Origin: Desulfobacterales bacterium
GTDB lineage: Bacteria > Desulfobacterota > Desulfobacteria > Desulfobacterales > UBA5852
DNA: 64,000 bases
Assembly: GCA_963674755.2 (NCBI GenBank)
Contig: CAXXVS010000001.1
Coordinates: 416,001-480,000 of the forward strand
Reading direction: 5' to 3'
Part shown: positions 49,729-60,943 of the stretch, in pieces
How positions within the stretch are numbered: position 1 is the stretch's first letter
How the letters are laid out: each line of letters begins with the position of its first letter
The notes under the pieces: model-generated
The model's input: only the letters and a program-made list of their open reading frames with translations
What the model was told of the DNA's origin: nothing
Databases searched by the model: none
Made by a program: the position numbers and the translations under genes

Positions 49729-49873
49729 CTTGGGAGGGGGACCCGGACCGCCGATGCCTGGGGAACGGTCTCTCCTTTGGCCTTTGAGAGACAGGCGGCG
49801 TTCATTTATGGTTAAGGCATGTCTTATCCAAGTGGAATCATCTCGCAAAAATTACTAAAGGAATTTGCTGGTC

Positions 49874-50362
49874 ATGACCTCCCGCCCCAAAAGCCGACGT
49901 GATGTCCCCCTGATCGTCCTCGCCTCGCGCACCGGCAATACCCGCAAGGTGGCCGAAGCCATGGGGAAACCCTTGGCCGCCGAGTTGGTGACCATCGAGC
50001 AGCTGAAGGCTCATCAGCTGCGGGGGCGGCGCCTGATCGGGCTGGGGTCGGGAGTCTACTGGCTGCGTCTGGACCGCCGGATCATCGATCTGGCCGCCCA
50101 AATACCCTCCGACTGCCGGGTGTTCATCTTCAGTACCAGCGGGTGGCGGGGCAAGGTTCTGGAAAGGTTTTTCCGGTCCGAGCTGGAAAAGCAGTTGGCG
50201 CAGCACGGCATCACGGTGGTCGGCCGGTGGCACTGCCCGGGCCGGGATCAACAGGCCCTGTTCAAATGGCTCAATATCAGCCGGGGGCGGCCGAATGCGG
50301 AAGATATCCGCGGGGCAGGAGAATTTGCCGCATCCCTTATAACCCCAAAAAGGCGGATTTGA
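49874..50362 (+). CDS. Flavodoxin-like protein
   Basis: SRTGNTRKVAEAM, GLGSGVY, FSTSG, CPG, GRPN. Confidence 0.85.
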   Translation: MTSRPKSRRDVPLIVLASRTGNTRKVAEAMGKPLAAELVTIEQLKAHQLRGRRLIGLGSGVYWLRLDRRIIDLAAQIPSDCRVFIFSTSGWRGKVLERFFRSELEKQLAQHGITVVGRWHCPGRDQQALFKWLNISRGRPNAEDIRGAGEFAASLITPKRRI

Positions 50363-51053
50363 CCTGGTCGCTGGCCATGAGGTCGGCGCCGCTGCCTTCC
50401 CCCACGATGCGTCCGGTCTGCAGGATATAGCCCCGGTCGGCCAGGTCGAGGGCTTCGCGCACGTTCTGCTCCACCAGCAAGATGGTCATGCCTTCGTCCT
50501 TGAGCTTGCGGACCGTATCGAGCACTTCGTCCACCAGCACCGGCGCCAGGCCCAGGGACGGTTCATCCAGCATGAGGATGCGGGGATTGGACATGAGCCC
50601 CCGGCCGATAGCCACCATCTGCTGCTCGCCGCCGGAAAGGGTGGAGGCCGGCTGGCGGCGGCGTTCCTCCAGACGGGGAAACAGCCGGTAGACAAAGGCC
50701 AGGTTGGCCTGGATGCGGGCCTCATCATTCAGGACATAGGCCCCCAGCAGCAGGTTTTCTTCCACCGTGATGGGGCTGAAGAGCATTTTTTCTTCCGGAA
50801 CATAGACGATCCCGAGACGGACGATGGCCGGCGTGCGCAGTTTCTGGATGTCACGGCCCTCGAAGCGGATGCGGCCGGCAAAGGCCGGCTGGGCGCCCAT
50901 CACGGCCCGCAGCAGGGTGGATTTGCCGGCGCCGTTGGCCCCCAGCACACTCACGGTTTCCCCGGCCTCCACGTGCAGGGAAACCCCCTGCAAGACCGGC
51001 AGACCGGAGTAGCGCACCTTGATATCGTCGATTTCGAGAATGCGGGCGCTCAT
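50337..51053 (-). CDS. livF: Branched-chain-type ABC ATPase
   Basis: GANGAGKS, LSGGEQQM, DEPSLGLAP. Confidence 0.93.
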   Translation of the reverse strand: MSARILEIDDIKVRYSGLPVLQGVSLHVEAGETVSVLGANGAGKSTLLRAVMGAQPAFAGRIRFEGRDIQKLRTPAIVRLGIVYVPEEKMLFSPITVEENLLLGAYVLNDEARIQANLAFVYRLFPRLEERRRQPASTLSGGEQQMVAIGRGLMSNPRILMLDEPSLGLAPVLVDEVLDTVRKLKDEGMTILLVEQNVREALDLADRGYILQTGRIVGEGSGADLMASDQVKSAFLGL

Positions 51054-51056
51054 GGC

Positions 51057-51803
51057 TTAAGATCTCTCTCTTCCGTGTCCCTGGACATAGCGCTCTCCCA
51101 GATAGGCCTTGATGACCTGTTCGTTGCGGGCGATGTCGGCGGGCAGGCCTTCGGCAATCTTGCGGCCGGAATCCAGGACGATCAACCGGTCGCTGGTGCG
51201 CATGACCAGTTCCATGACATGTTCGATCAGAATCACGGCCACGCCCATCTGGTGGTGAATATGACGGATGCTGGCCATGATGTCTTCGATCTCGCCGGGA
51301 TTGAGACCGGCGGCCACTTCGTCCAGCAGGAGCAGCTTGGGACGCGTCCCCAGAGCGGTGGCCATGGTGACCTTTTTCTGGGCGGCCACCGGCAGCTCGC
51401 TGACAAACGAGGAAGCGGCCGCGCTCAGGTTCAGATCGGCCAGGATGGCATCGGCCTGTTCCCGGGCCGCCCGGCGGGAGGGGGTGCGCATGAAGCAGCC
51501 CACCATGACGTTTTCGCGCACGGTCAGGTCGCCGGCCGCGGTGTAGACCTGGAAGGTGCGTGCTATACCGCGGCGGGCCACCTCATGGGCGTTCAAGGGT
51601 GTGATGTCGTCACCGTCGAAGACGATGCGTCCGCTGGTGACCGGGTACTTGCCGGCAATGCAGTTGAAGAGGGTGGTCTTGCCGGCCCCGTTGGGCCCGA
51701 TCAGTCCCAGCAATTCGTCCGGCGCCAGCCGGAAGGAGATCTTGTGATTGGCCCGCAGGCCGCCGAAATCCTTGACGAGGTTGTCGACTTCCAGTAGCGC
51801 CAT
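51057..51803 (-). CDS. livG: Branched-chain-type ABC ATPase
   Basis: FGGL.A, GPNGAGKT, GIARTFQ, DEVAAGLN, AYLG. Confidence 0.93.
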   Translation of the reverse strand: MALLEVDNLVKDFGGLRANHKISFRLAPDELLGLIGPNGAGKTTLFNCIAGKYPVTSGRIVFDGDDITPLNAHEVARRGIARTFQVYTAAGDLTVRENVMVGCFMRTPSRRAAREQADAILADLNLSAAASSFVSELPVAAQKKVTMATALGTRPKLLLLDEVAAGLNPGEIEDIMASIRHIHHQMGVAVILIEHVMELVMRTSDRLIVLDSGRKIAEGLPADIARNEQVIKAYLGERYVQGHGRERS

Positions 51804-52810
51804 CAGGTCTGTTTCCTTCGTCGTACGCGTTCCACGATCCCCCAGACCCCCCGCGGCTCCTTGGCCGAGATCACCATGATGATGACCGCATAGAGGATGA
51901 GGTCGATGCCTGCCAGCCCGGCCATGCCGCCCAGCCATTCCTTGAGATAGCTCTTGAGCGGGATCAGGATCCCGGCCCCGATGATGGGCCCCCAGAGACT
52001 GCCGGCGCCCCCCAGCATGGCCATGAGGGCGATCAGGATGGAGATGTCCAGGCTCATGGTATCTTCCGGTTCGATGACCTTGATGTAGCAGGCATGGAAG
52101 GAGCCCACCACGCTGACATAGGCCGTGGCGATGGCGTAGGTCTTGATTTTGGACCAGTGGACGTTGATGCCCAGGGAGCGGGCCATGTCTTCGTTGTCCT
52201 TGATGGCCCGCAGCTGGTAGCCCAGACGCGACTTGCGGAACCAGTTCAGGTACAGAATGCCCACCAGGAAAAACATGAAAATGACGTAGTAATAATAGAT
52301 GTCTTCCCTGAAGATCAGGCGCAGGAAATCCGGCGGCCGGTATTTGATGGGAGAGATTTCCAGGCCCCGCGCCGCCCCCAGAAAATCCCAGACTTCGAAG
52401 ATGTCTTTCAGCACCAGGGAGGTGGCAATCGTAGCGATGGCGAAGTAATGGCCTTTCAGGCGGAAGAGGGGATAGCCGATGATAAACGACCAGGTTACCG
52501 CCAGCAGCACCCCGACGGGCATCGAAAACCAGAAGGGGATATCCCAGCGGATCAGCAAGACGGCCGTGGTATAGGCGCCGATGCCGACATACTGGGCCTT
52601 GCCGAGATCCACCTGGCCGCCATAGCCGCCGATGGTGTTCCAGCCCATGCCATAGAGCGAGAAGATAAAAAATTGGATCATGGTCGCCAGGGCGAAGGCG
52701 GAAACGGGCAGCAGGGGAAAGATCAGCATGACCAGCGCCAGAAGGCCGGCGATAACCAGATCCAGGCGCCGCTGATCCGAAAAATCGAAGGCGTGTCTCA
52801 GTGCTTCCAT
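51803..52810 (-). CDS. livM: Branched-chain-type ABC permease
   Basis: GYGGQVDLG, RLKGHYFAIAT, GGAGSLWGPIIGA. Confidence 0.9.
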   Translation of the reverse strand: MEALRHAFDFSDQRRLDLVIAGLLALVMLIFPLLPVSAFALATMIQFFIFSLYGMGWNTIGGYGGQVDLGKAQYVGIGAYTTAVLLIRWDIPFWFSMPVGVLLAVTWSFIIGYPLFRLKGHYFAIATIATSLVLKDIFEVWDFLGAARGLEISPIKYRPPDFLRLIFREDIYYYYVIFMFFLVGILYLNWFRKSRLGYQLRAIKDNEDMARSLGINVHWSKIKTYAIATAYVSVVGSFHACYIKVIEPEDTMSLDISILIALMAMLGGAGSLWGPIIGAGILIPLKSYLKEWLGGMAGLAGIDLILYAVIIMVISAKEPRGVWGIVERVRRRKQT

Positions 52811-53714
52811 CCGAAGAGTCCCCTGGGCCGCAGCACCATGATGAAGAAGTAGGCTACATAGATCCACATGTACTTGAACGAGGTCATGGGAACGTCGACC
52901 ATCCAATCGACATCGAAGGTATAGGTCATGAAATCCCAGAAGCCGGGCAGTTCGGTGATCAGCCCCACCACCAGAGAGGCGAAGAACGCGCCGGTTACGC
53001 TGCCGAAACCGCCCATGGCGACGATGGTAAAGGCGATCATAGTAAACAGCAGGCCCACATAAGGATTGACCGGCCAGAAGTTGACGATCAGGGCTCCGGC
53101 CGTGGTTGCCGAGGCGCCCCCGATGCCCCCCAGGCCAGGCCATTCATCTTCTCGGTGGAGATGCCCATGTAGCGGGCGCCCTGGGGATTGAGCGCGGTGG
53201 CGGTGAGGGCCTTGCCTATGCGGGTTTTGGTCATGAGCAGCCAGACGCCCACAAAGGCCACCACCGACAGGCCGGCCGCGGCCAACTTGGTGGCCGGCAC
53301 GATGATGCCCAGCCCCAGGTCGAAGCTTTTGTCCACCAGGAGCCCTTTGTGCAGGGCCCGGTCTTCGGAGCCGAAGACCAGCAGCGCGACGTTGCGCAGC
53401 AGCAGCATCAGACCGAAAGTTCCCAGAAGCTGGGCGATCATCGGCCCCCGCAGGATATAGGTCACAAAGCCCCGGTAGCAGACGATCCCCAGCACAAAGC
53501 CCACCGCAGCGGCCAGGGGCAGCGTGAACAACGGATCGATGCCCAGCGCCTGGGAGGTCAGCAGGGTCGTGTACATCCCGAACATCAAAAATTCGCCGTG
53601 GGCGAAATTGATGATATCCATCACCCCGAAGATCATGGTGAGCCCCAGCGCCACCAGGGCCAGCACCATGCCAAAGAGCAGCCCGGCAACAATCGAACTG
53701 GCCAGAATTTCCAC
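52798..53714 (-). pseudogene. livH: LivH permease, frameshifted in a G6 run at 53126-53131
   Basis: N-half ALGLTMIFGVMDIINFAHGEF in one frame, C-half MGGFGSVTGAF...RPRGLFG in another. Confidence 0.85.
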
Positions 53715-53819
53715 AAATGCCCCCTGGACGAAGTCGTTTATGAAAAGCGTCGTTCCCCAACAGGAGAGAACGCCAGGAAACGGCGATCGCCTCAAGGAGG
53801 CGGCCGCCGCTTGGTTATG

Positions 53820-53963
53820 CATGGTGATCCGGAAGGGGTAGATTTTGGTTCAGGCCAAGGCCGCAACGATTTTGAGACCGCAGGCGTAGCGGAGCTACGT
53901 CGAGGATCTCAAATGAGCGAGAACGCCGGCCTGGGCCGAAAGATCCCCCTTCCGGCCGGCATG
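53820..53963. repeat. Palindromic MITE/REP-like element
   Basis: CATG ends, CCGGAAGGGG/CCCCTTCCGG, CAGGCC/GGCCTG and TTTGAGA/TCTCAAA arms around a CGTAGCGGAGCTACG hairpin. Confidence 0.7.
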
Positions 53964-53964
53964 A

Positions 53965-55278
53965 CTACCATTTAGGGAACGGATAGATCATATCCGCCGA
54001 CGCCACGTCGAACGGATAGACGATCTCCAGGCCGATCTGGCCGTCGGCGCCCTTCTGATACTGCCCGATCAGGCCGGAACCCAGGATGTTTTGTCCGATT
54101 TCGTTGCCCGTGCTGGCGAATTTGACGCCGGCCCAGGGCACCACGAGCTGCGCGCCGGGGATTTCGATAGTGTTGGCCGCCTTCTGAATTGCAGCGGGTT
54201 GGGTGGATCCGGCCATCTCCAACACGTACACCCAGGTTTGCAGACCGGTAAAGGCCCGGGCCGAGGCGCCGCCCAGATCGTTGCCGGTTTTCTCCTTGTA
54301 GAGTTTGTTGACCTGGCCGGCCAGGGGTTTGATCTGAACCACCTGGGGCAGGAAAACCGAACGGGTCAGGATGCCCGCGATGGAATCGCCCAGGGCGCTG
54401 CGGAATTCCGGCTTGTCGAAGCCGGCATCCTGGCCCCAGATGATTTTGGGCTGCACCTGCTGGGTCTTGAGGGTCTTCACCATCAAAATGGCATCCGAGG
54501 TATAGGAGGCAAACAGCAGCACATTGGCTTTGGAAGCCTTGAGGGAGCGGACTTCACTGGAGAGATCCGGGGATTTGTCCGAGTACAGCAGGGTTTTGCG
54601 CAGCTTGAAGCCGTATTCCGGAGCCAGCTCCTCGATCACTTTGGTGACGAAAGAGCCCCACTCGCTGTTTTCGCAGGCCGAGGAGATGGTCCCGATTTCT
54701 TCCAGCGGTACGGCCGGCACACCCCGCACCTGGCCCTTGTTCAGGCCCACCAGCAGTTCGAAGAGATCCTTGGTGAACCAGCGGTCGTGGGGGGTGGTGC
54801 GCCAGAACCACTTGAAGCCCCGCTCGGTCAGCGCCGGCGAGGTCGAAGATCCGTTGATCATGGGCACGCCGTACTGCTCGCAGACCGCGCTGACGGTCTT
54901 GGTGACCGAACTGTGGTAGCAGCCCAGGATGCCGTCCACCTTGTCATCCAGAATGAGCTTTTTGGCCAGGTCGGCGCCCAGGGTGGGGTTGCCTTCGTGG
55001 TCTTTGAAGATCAGGGTGATCTTGGCGCCGCCCATGCTCTGGATGCCGGCGTTTTGGGCCATGGTCATGTCGATATCGGGAAAGGTTTCGTTGCAGAGCT
55101 GGGCGGCCAGTTCGGCCCCGGCCCGCAGCTCGCGTCCGGCTGCGGCGGCGCTGCCGGTGAGCGGATAGATGACGCCGATCTTGATGTCCTTGGCCGCCAA
55201 TGTTGCGCTTGGCACCATCAATCCGCAAAAGATGGCCACGGTTGCCAGGATAGCTGTCAATGGGAGCTATCGTTTCAT
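53965..55278 (-). CDS. ABC substrate-binding protein (LivK-like) with in-frame TAG at codon 4
   Basis: AGGAGG-ATG AAA CGA TAG CTC CCA TTG...; mature part IKIGVIYPLTG, GCYHSS, LTERGFKWFWR. Confidence 0.85.
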
Positions 55279-55567
55279 GATGGTCCTCCTTGTGTCGCGC
55301 TGGGGTTGCCGGTGGGGGCGGGGATCGGCCCCATCGGTTGAAACAGAACGAGGGCGCGAACGATCCGGCGCCCTCGTCTCGATTAAACCGGTGTGCAAGC
55401 TGAAAAGAAATGAATGCGGTTCATTTGCGGATCTTTACTGGATGTGGGTTCGGCTGTCAAGGTGTGAACACGGTGTGAAAACGGCCGCCTAAGACCGTAT
55501 CTCGATACCGATTTCGATTTTGGAGAACAACATTCGGGCACGGCCAATGCCCCGGGCGGTCGCCTGC

Positions 55568-56356
55568 TTACAGGATGGCCAGATGTTCGTCTTTCAGATC
55601 CGAAACGAACATGTGCCCCGGGGCGTGGGTGATGGTCAGGTCCAGGCGGGCCGAGATGGCGGCCAGAGTCGAGGTGACGCCGCAGGCCCAGAACACCGGG
55701 ACTTCGCCGGTCCGGACGGTCACCGGATCGCCGAAATCGGGACGGTTCAGATCCTGGATGCCCAGCTCACCGGGATCGCCGATGTGGATGGGCGCGCCGT
55801 GGGTCAGATGAAAGCGGGTGGTCACCTGCACCGCGCGGATGGCCTGGGCCGGCGTCATGGGGCGCATGGTGACCACCAGGGGGGCGCTGAAAGGGCCCGC
55901 CGGCCGGCATTGGCGGTTGGTGATATACATAGAGACGTTTTTGTCTTCCTCGATGTTGCGGATGGGCAGACCGGCGGCCAGCATGGCGTTTTCAAAGGAG
56001 AAGCTGCAGCCCAGCAGAAAACTGACCGTGTCCGGCCGGAAGCGGTCGGCCACATTGGTCACTTCTTCGGTCATCTCTCCTTTTGCAAAGATCCGGTAGC
56101 GCGGCAGGTCGACCCGCAGATCGGCCCCCTCGGCAATGGCCGGTGCGCTTTCGCCCGCTTCCAGCACGTCCAGCACCGGGCAGGGCTTGGGGTTGCGCGT
56201 GCAAAAGAGCAGAAAATGAAAGGCGTGGGAGGCCGGCAGCATTACCAGATTGGCCTGCAAAAAGCCGGTGGCGGCCCCGGACGTGGGGGTGGTCCATTCG
56301 CCGCTGCGGATGCGGCGGCGCAGGTCGGTGGCGGTCATGGTGGCGGATGCTTGCAT
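55568..56356 (-). CDS. DUF1445 putative hydro-lyase (D-glutamate cyclase-like)
   Basis: QANLV.LP, RNPKPCP, GCSFSFE, HGAPIHIGDP, PVFWACGVT, THAPGHMF. Confidence 0.92.
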   Translation of the reverse strand: MQASATMTATDLRRRIRSGEWTTPTSGAATGFLQANLVMLPASHAFHFLLFCTRNPKPCPVLDVLEAGESAPAIAEGADLRVDLPRYRIFAKGEMTEEVTNVADRFRPDTVSFLLGCSFSFENAMLAAGLPIRNIEEDKNVSMYITNRQCRPAGPFSAPLVVTMRPMTPAQAIRAVQVTTRFHLTHGAPIHIGDPGELGIQDLNRPDFGDPVTVRTGEVPVFWACGVTSTLAAISARLDLTITHAPGHMFVSDLKDEHLAIL

Positions 56357-56394
56357 GATAATTTCCTCTATGTCCCCAGTTCTGGAGTTGAATT

Positions 56395-57453
56395 TTATGA
56401 TTTATTTTCTTCCGTCCGGAAGAAAATAAATGCGTGAATCAGGTCTTTGAGCAGCGCTGCGGCAGCCCCGGTGGGGGAACTGTGCCCGCCGGTGACGGTG
56501 ATGCGCCCCATGATGTCGGTGTCGAAGCTGATGCCCTTTTCCGAAAAGTGGACCCCGGCCAGGGGGTGGTCGGCCGCTAAAGCTTCCGGCGCCACCCGTA
56601 CTTCCAGGCGGTCGTCCTGCCAGCGGGCCGAACCGATCAGCTTGATCACCCGGCCGTTCGCGTGGGCCTCTTCCATGGCCTCCCGGCTGACTCCAGTGAT
56701 CCCGGTGGTTCGGACGTCGCTGATGCCAAGGCCCTGGTCGAAGAGCTGGTTGGCGATCAGGATGATTTTGTTGCGGGTGTCCAGGCCCTCCACGTCCAGG
56801 GTGGGATCGGTCTCGGCGATCCCGAGTTCCTGGGCGGCCTTGAGGGCCGTATCATAGGCGATGCCCTCCTGGCTCATGCGGGTCAGGATGTAGTTGGTGG
56901 TGCCGTTCAAGATGCCTTCCACGGCCCGGACCCGGGCCCCGGCGGTGCAGAGCTTGCCCACATCCAGGGTGGGCAGGGCGGCCGCGGTGGCGGCGCTCAT
57001 GAAAATACGCCCGCCGTTGGCGCGGGCGCGCTCCTGGAGATCCCGGTAGAACAGGACCAGGGGGCCCTTGTTGGCCGTGATGACCGTCATTCCGCGCGCC
57101 AGGGCCGCGTTCATATGGGAGCGGGCCGGCTCGCCGTCCACCAGGTTGGTGGGGGTGGCCTCCACCAGCACATCGGCCGCCGTTGTTTCCAGGATGTCCA
57201 CTCCGGTTTTACCTGGCCACCCGAAGGATGTCATGGTTTCGATGGGCCGGCCGGCGTCGATAAGCGCCTGCAATTGGTCCAGGGGGAGACCTTCGCGGCC
57301 GCCCAGGGCAGCCCCACCGATGTCCACCACAGCCGGGATGCGGGGATCGATGCCGTAGCGTTCCTGCAGATCCTGTTGCTTTTCCGCCACCAGCCGGACG
57401 AAGGCCCGCCCGACATTGCCGAAACCGCAGACCACGATGCGGATAGGGGTCAT
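56395..57453 (-). CDS. hom: Homoserine dehydrogenase (no ACT domain)
   Basis: GFGNVG, TANKGP, GILNGTTNYIL, AQELGIAE.DP..DVEG.D. Confidence 0.9.
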   Translation of the reverse strand: MTPIRIVVCGFGNVGRAFVRLVAEKQQDLQERYGIDPRIPAVVDIGGAALGGREGLPLDQLQALIDAGRPIETMTSFGWPGKTGVDILETTAADVLVEATPTNLVDGEPARSHMNAALARGMTVITANKGPLVLFYRDLQERARANGGRIFMSAATAAALPTLDVGKLCTAGARVRAVEGILNGTTNYILTRMSQEGIAYDTALKAAQELGIAETDPTLDVEGLDTRNKIILIANQLFDQGLGISDVRTTGITGVSREAMEEAHANGRVIKLIGSARWQDDRLEVRVAPEALAADHPLAGVHFSEKGISFDTDIMGRITVTGGHSSPTGAAAALLKDLIHAFIFFRTEENKS

Positions 57454-59060
57454 TTGTAGTGCCTCGCTATGAGTTGATGGTAGTCGCGTCCGTCCACCTC
57501 GGCTTCCACCACCACCGGGCCGGGGGTTTCGAAGGCCTGCCGGAGGGCCTGGCGCAATGTTTCCGGGGTGTGTGCCTTGAAGATCGGCACTCCGAAGATG
57601 TGATCGGCGCCCAGGAAGGCGCCCTGGTTGATCCGGGAGCTGTCGGCCGGGCAGTTCTGCCAGCCCTGCTTGACTTCGATCAGGCTCAACATCCGGTCGG
57701 CCAAAACGACGATGACGGTATCGAGTCCCAGACGGCGGGCCGTGATGAGTTCGCCCGCCATCATGGTAAAACCCCCGTCGCCGGTGACGCACACCACCGG
57801 GGTTCCCGGCTGGCAGAGGGAGGCCGCCAGGGCCGCCGGGATGCCGAATCCCATGGAGGACCAGCCGTTGGTCATCAGGAAACGGCCCGGGGCCGGGGTG
57901 GGCCAGAGCTGGCCGATCAGGTGGGTGTGGGCGCCCACGTCACAGGTCAGGATGCCTTCGGGGGGCAGGACCTCCCGGAGGATGTCCAGAGCTTCCACCG
58001 GGCCCAGGGCGCTTGTGCCGGGATGCAGCGCACGGTGCAGGTCTTCCCGGTGCCGTGCCAGGACCTCGAAATCCCAAGCGGTGTTCAGCGGCGCCATAGT
58101 CGCCAGGGATGCCAGCGTTTCTTCAAGGTTGCCGACGCAGACGGCGGCCAATTCATGGGGCGGGGAGAGTTCGGCAGGGGCGGTATCGATATGCACCAGC
58201 GGCACGGGGGGCAGCCATGCTTCGTAGTCGAACTCCACCGGGTCGTAGCCCAGGCCGATCACCAGGTCGGCCTGGCGGGTGATATCGGCCAGCCGGTCAC
58301 TGCAGGCATGGAATAGAACACCGGCGTAAGACGGATGGGTTTCGGGCAGCAGCCCTTTGGCCATGGGGGTCAACACCACCGGCGCCGGGACGACTTCCAG
58401 CAGGCGCGCCAGGAGACGGTCCAGGCGCAGGCGTGCGGCGGTCAAGCCGACGGCCAGCAGGGGGCGGCGGGCCCTGCGGATTAGGCCAAGGGCGGTTCGG
58501 AGATCACCTTCCGCGACCGGTGGCGCCGGTTGCACGGTGGCGGAAGGCGGTGCGCCCGCTTGGGTCTCCCGGGCGTTCAGGTCCACCGGCAGGCCGATAT
58601 GAACCGGGCCGGGGACTTCGCTGACGGCCGTGGCCAGGGCCCGGTCGATGGTGGACACCAGGGAATCGGCCCGGGCGCGGGTGGTCCACTTGGTGATGGG
58701 CCGGAACAGGACCTGGTGATCCACGTTCATCTGGGTCACGCGGTGGCGCATGGTATCGCTTTGCTCGGTGGTGGCGGCGATCAGCCCCGAACGGTCGAGC
58801 AGGGCGCCGCCCACCCCGGTGGCCAGGTTGGTGGCGCCGGGACCGAAGGTGCCGTGGCACAGCGCCGGCTGTCCGGTCAGGCGAAAGCAGACATCGGCCA
58901 TGAAGCCGGCCGTGGCTTCGTTGGCCACCAGGATAAAGGGCATCCCCCGGCGCCGCATGGCTTCCATATAGGGAATCCAGGGGCCTCCCGGAATGCCGAA
59001 GGCATACCGCACCCCGTGCGCCATCAAACGCTCCACAAACACTTCCGCAACCTGCGCCAT
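57450..59060 (-). CDS. Thiamine-diphosphate-dependent enzyme (ALS-like)
   Basis: FGIPGG, GPGATN, PGPVHIG.P, SMGFGIPAA, GDGGF. Confidence 0.9.
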   Translation of the reverse strand: MAQVAEVFVERLMAHGVRYAFGIPGGPWIPYMEAMRRRGMPFILVANEATAGFMADVCFRLTGQPALCHGTFGPGATNLATGVGGALLDRSGLIAATTEQSDTMRHRVTQMNVDHQVLFRPITKWTTRARADSLVSTIDRALATAVSEVPGPVHIGLPVDLNARETQAGAPPSATVQPAPPVAEGDLRTALGLIRRARRPLLAVGLTAARLRLDRLLARLLEVVPAPVVLTPMAKGLLPETHPSYAGVLFHACSDRLADITRQADLVIGLGYDPVEFDYEAWLPPVPLVHIDTAPAELSPPHELAAVCVGNLEETLASLATMAPLNTAWDFEVLARHREDLHRALHPGTSALGPVEALDILREVLPPEGILTCDVGAHTHLIGQLWPTPAPGRFLMTNGWSSMGFGIPAALAASLCQPGTPVVCVTGDGGFTMMAGELITARRLGLDTVIVVLADRMLSLIEVKQGWQNCPADSSRINQGAFLGADHIFGVPIFKAHTPETLRQALRQAFETPGPVVVEAEVDGRDYHQLIARHYK

Positions 59061-59375
59061 GGATTCATGCCTTTCGGTCGATAAGGAATCAGCGCGGCCT
59101 CTTGCGGCCGGCCGATTGCCTGTATCACAATCCCCCGGAGGCCCGCAACTCGCCGTCGGTCCGTATCGAAGTAAGCATATCCTTAACATGTTGTCTTCGT
59201 TGACAATGGTACTTTACGCCACAAGTTTGAATAGTGCTTGATGGCGTTCGGCCATCATGTTACCTATCCGCTATTATGCTCATAACGGGCCGCGTCCGGC
59301 AGACCATGGACTGCGGACAGGGGGCGATCCAAACGGTTTTCGAAGCGATGTTCGGGAGAGGGCATCGAACCATAA

Positions 59376-60737
<1,362 letters not shown>

Positions 60738-60770
60738 CTTCGGATCAGCTTCTGCGTTTCATTTGCCGGG

Positions 60771-60808
60771 AAAACCGGTCGCGGCCTGCGGGCCCGGCCG
60801 GTTTTTTT
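60771..60808 (+). terminator. Rho-independent terminator after gdhA
   Basis: AAAACCGG...CCGGTTTTTTT. Confidence 0.8.
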
Positions 60809-60943
60809 ATGGCATCAGGGCGTATTCCAAAGACATTGAGGCGTCCGGCGGGTTTCCCGCCGATCTTGACAGGATGCTGCCAGGCCTTACGCTGTAACAA
60901 TCAGAATGACCATCGGAAACCGCAAATTCCGAAAGCACCTGCC

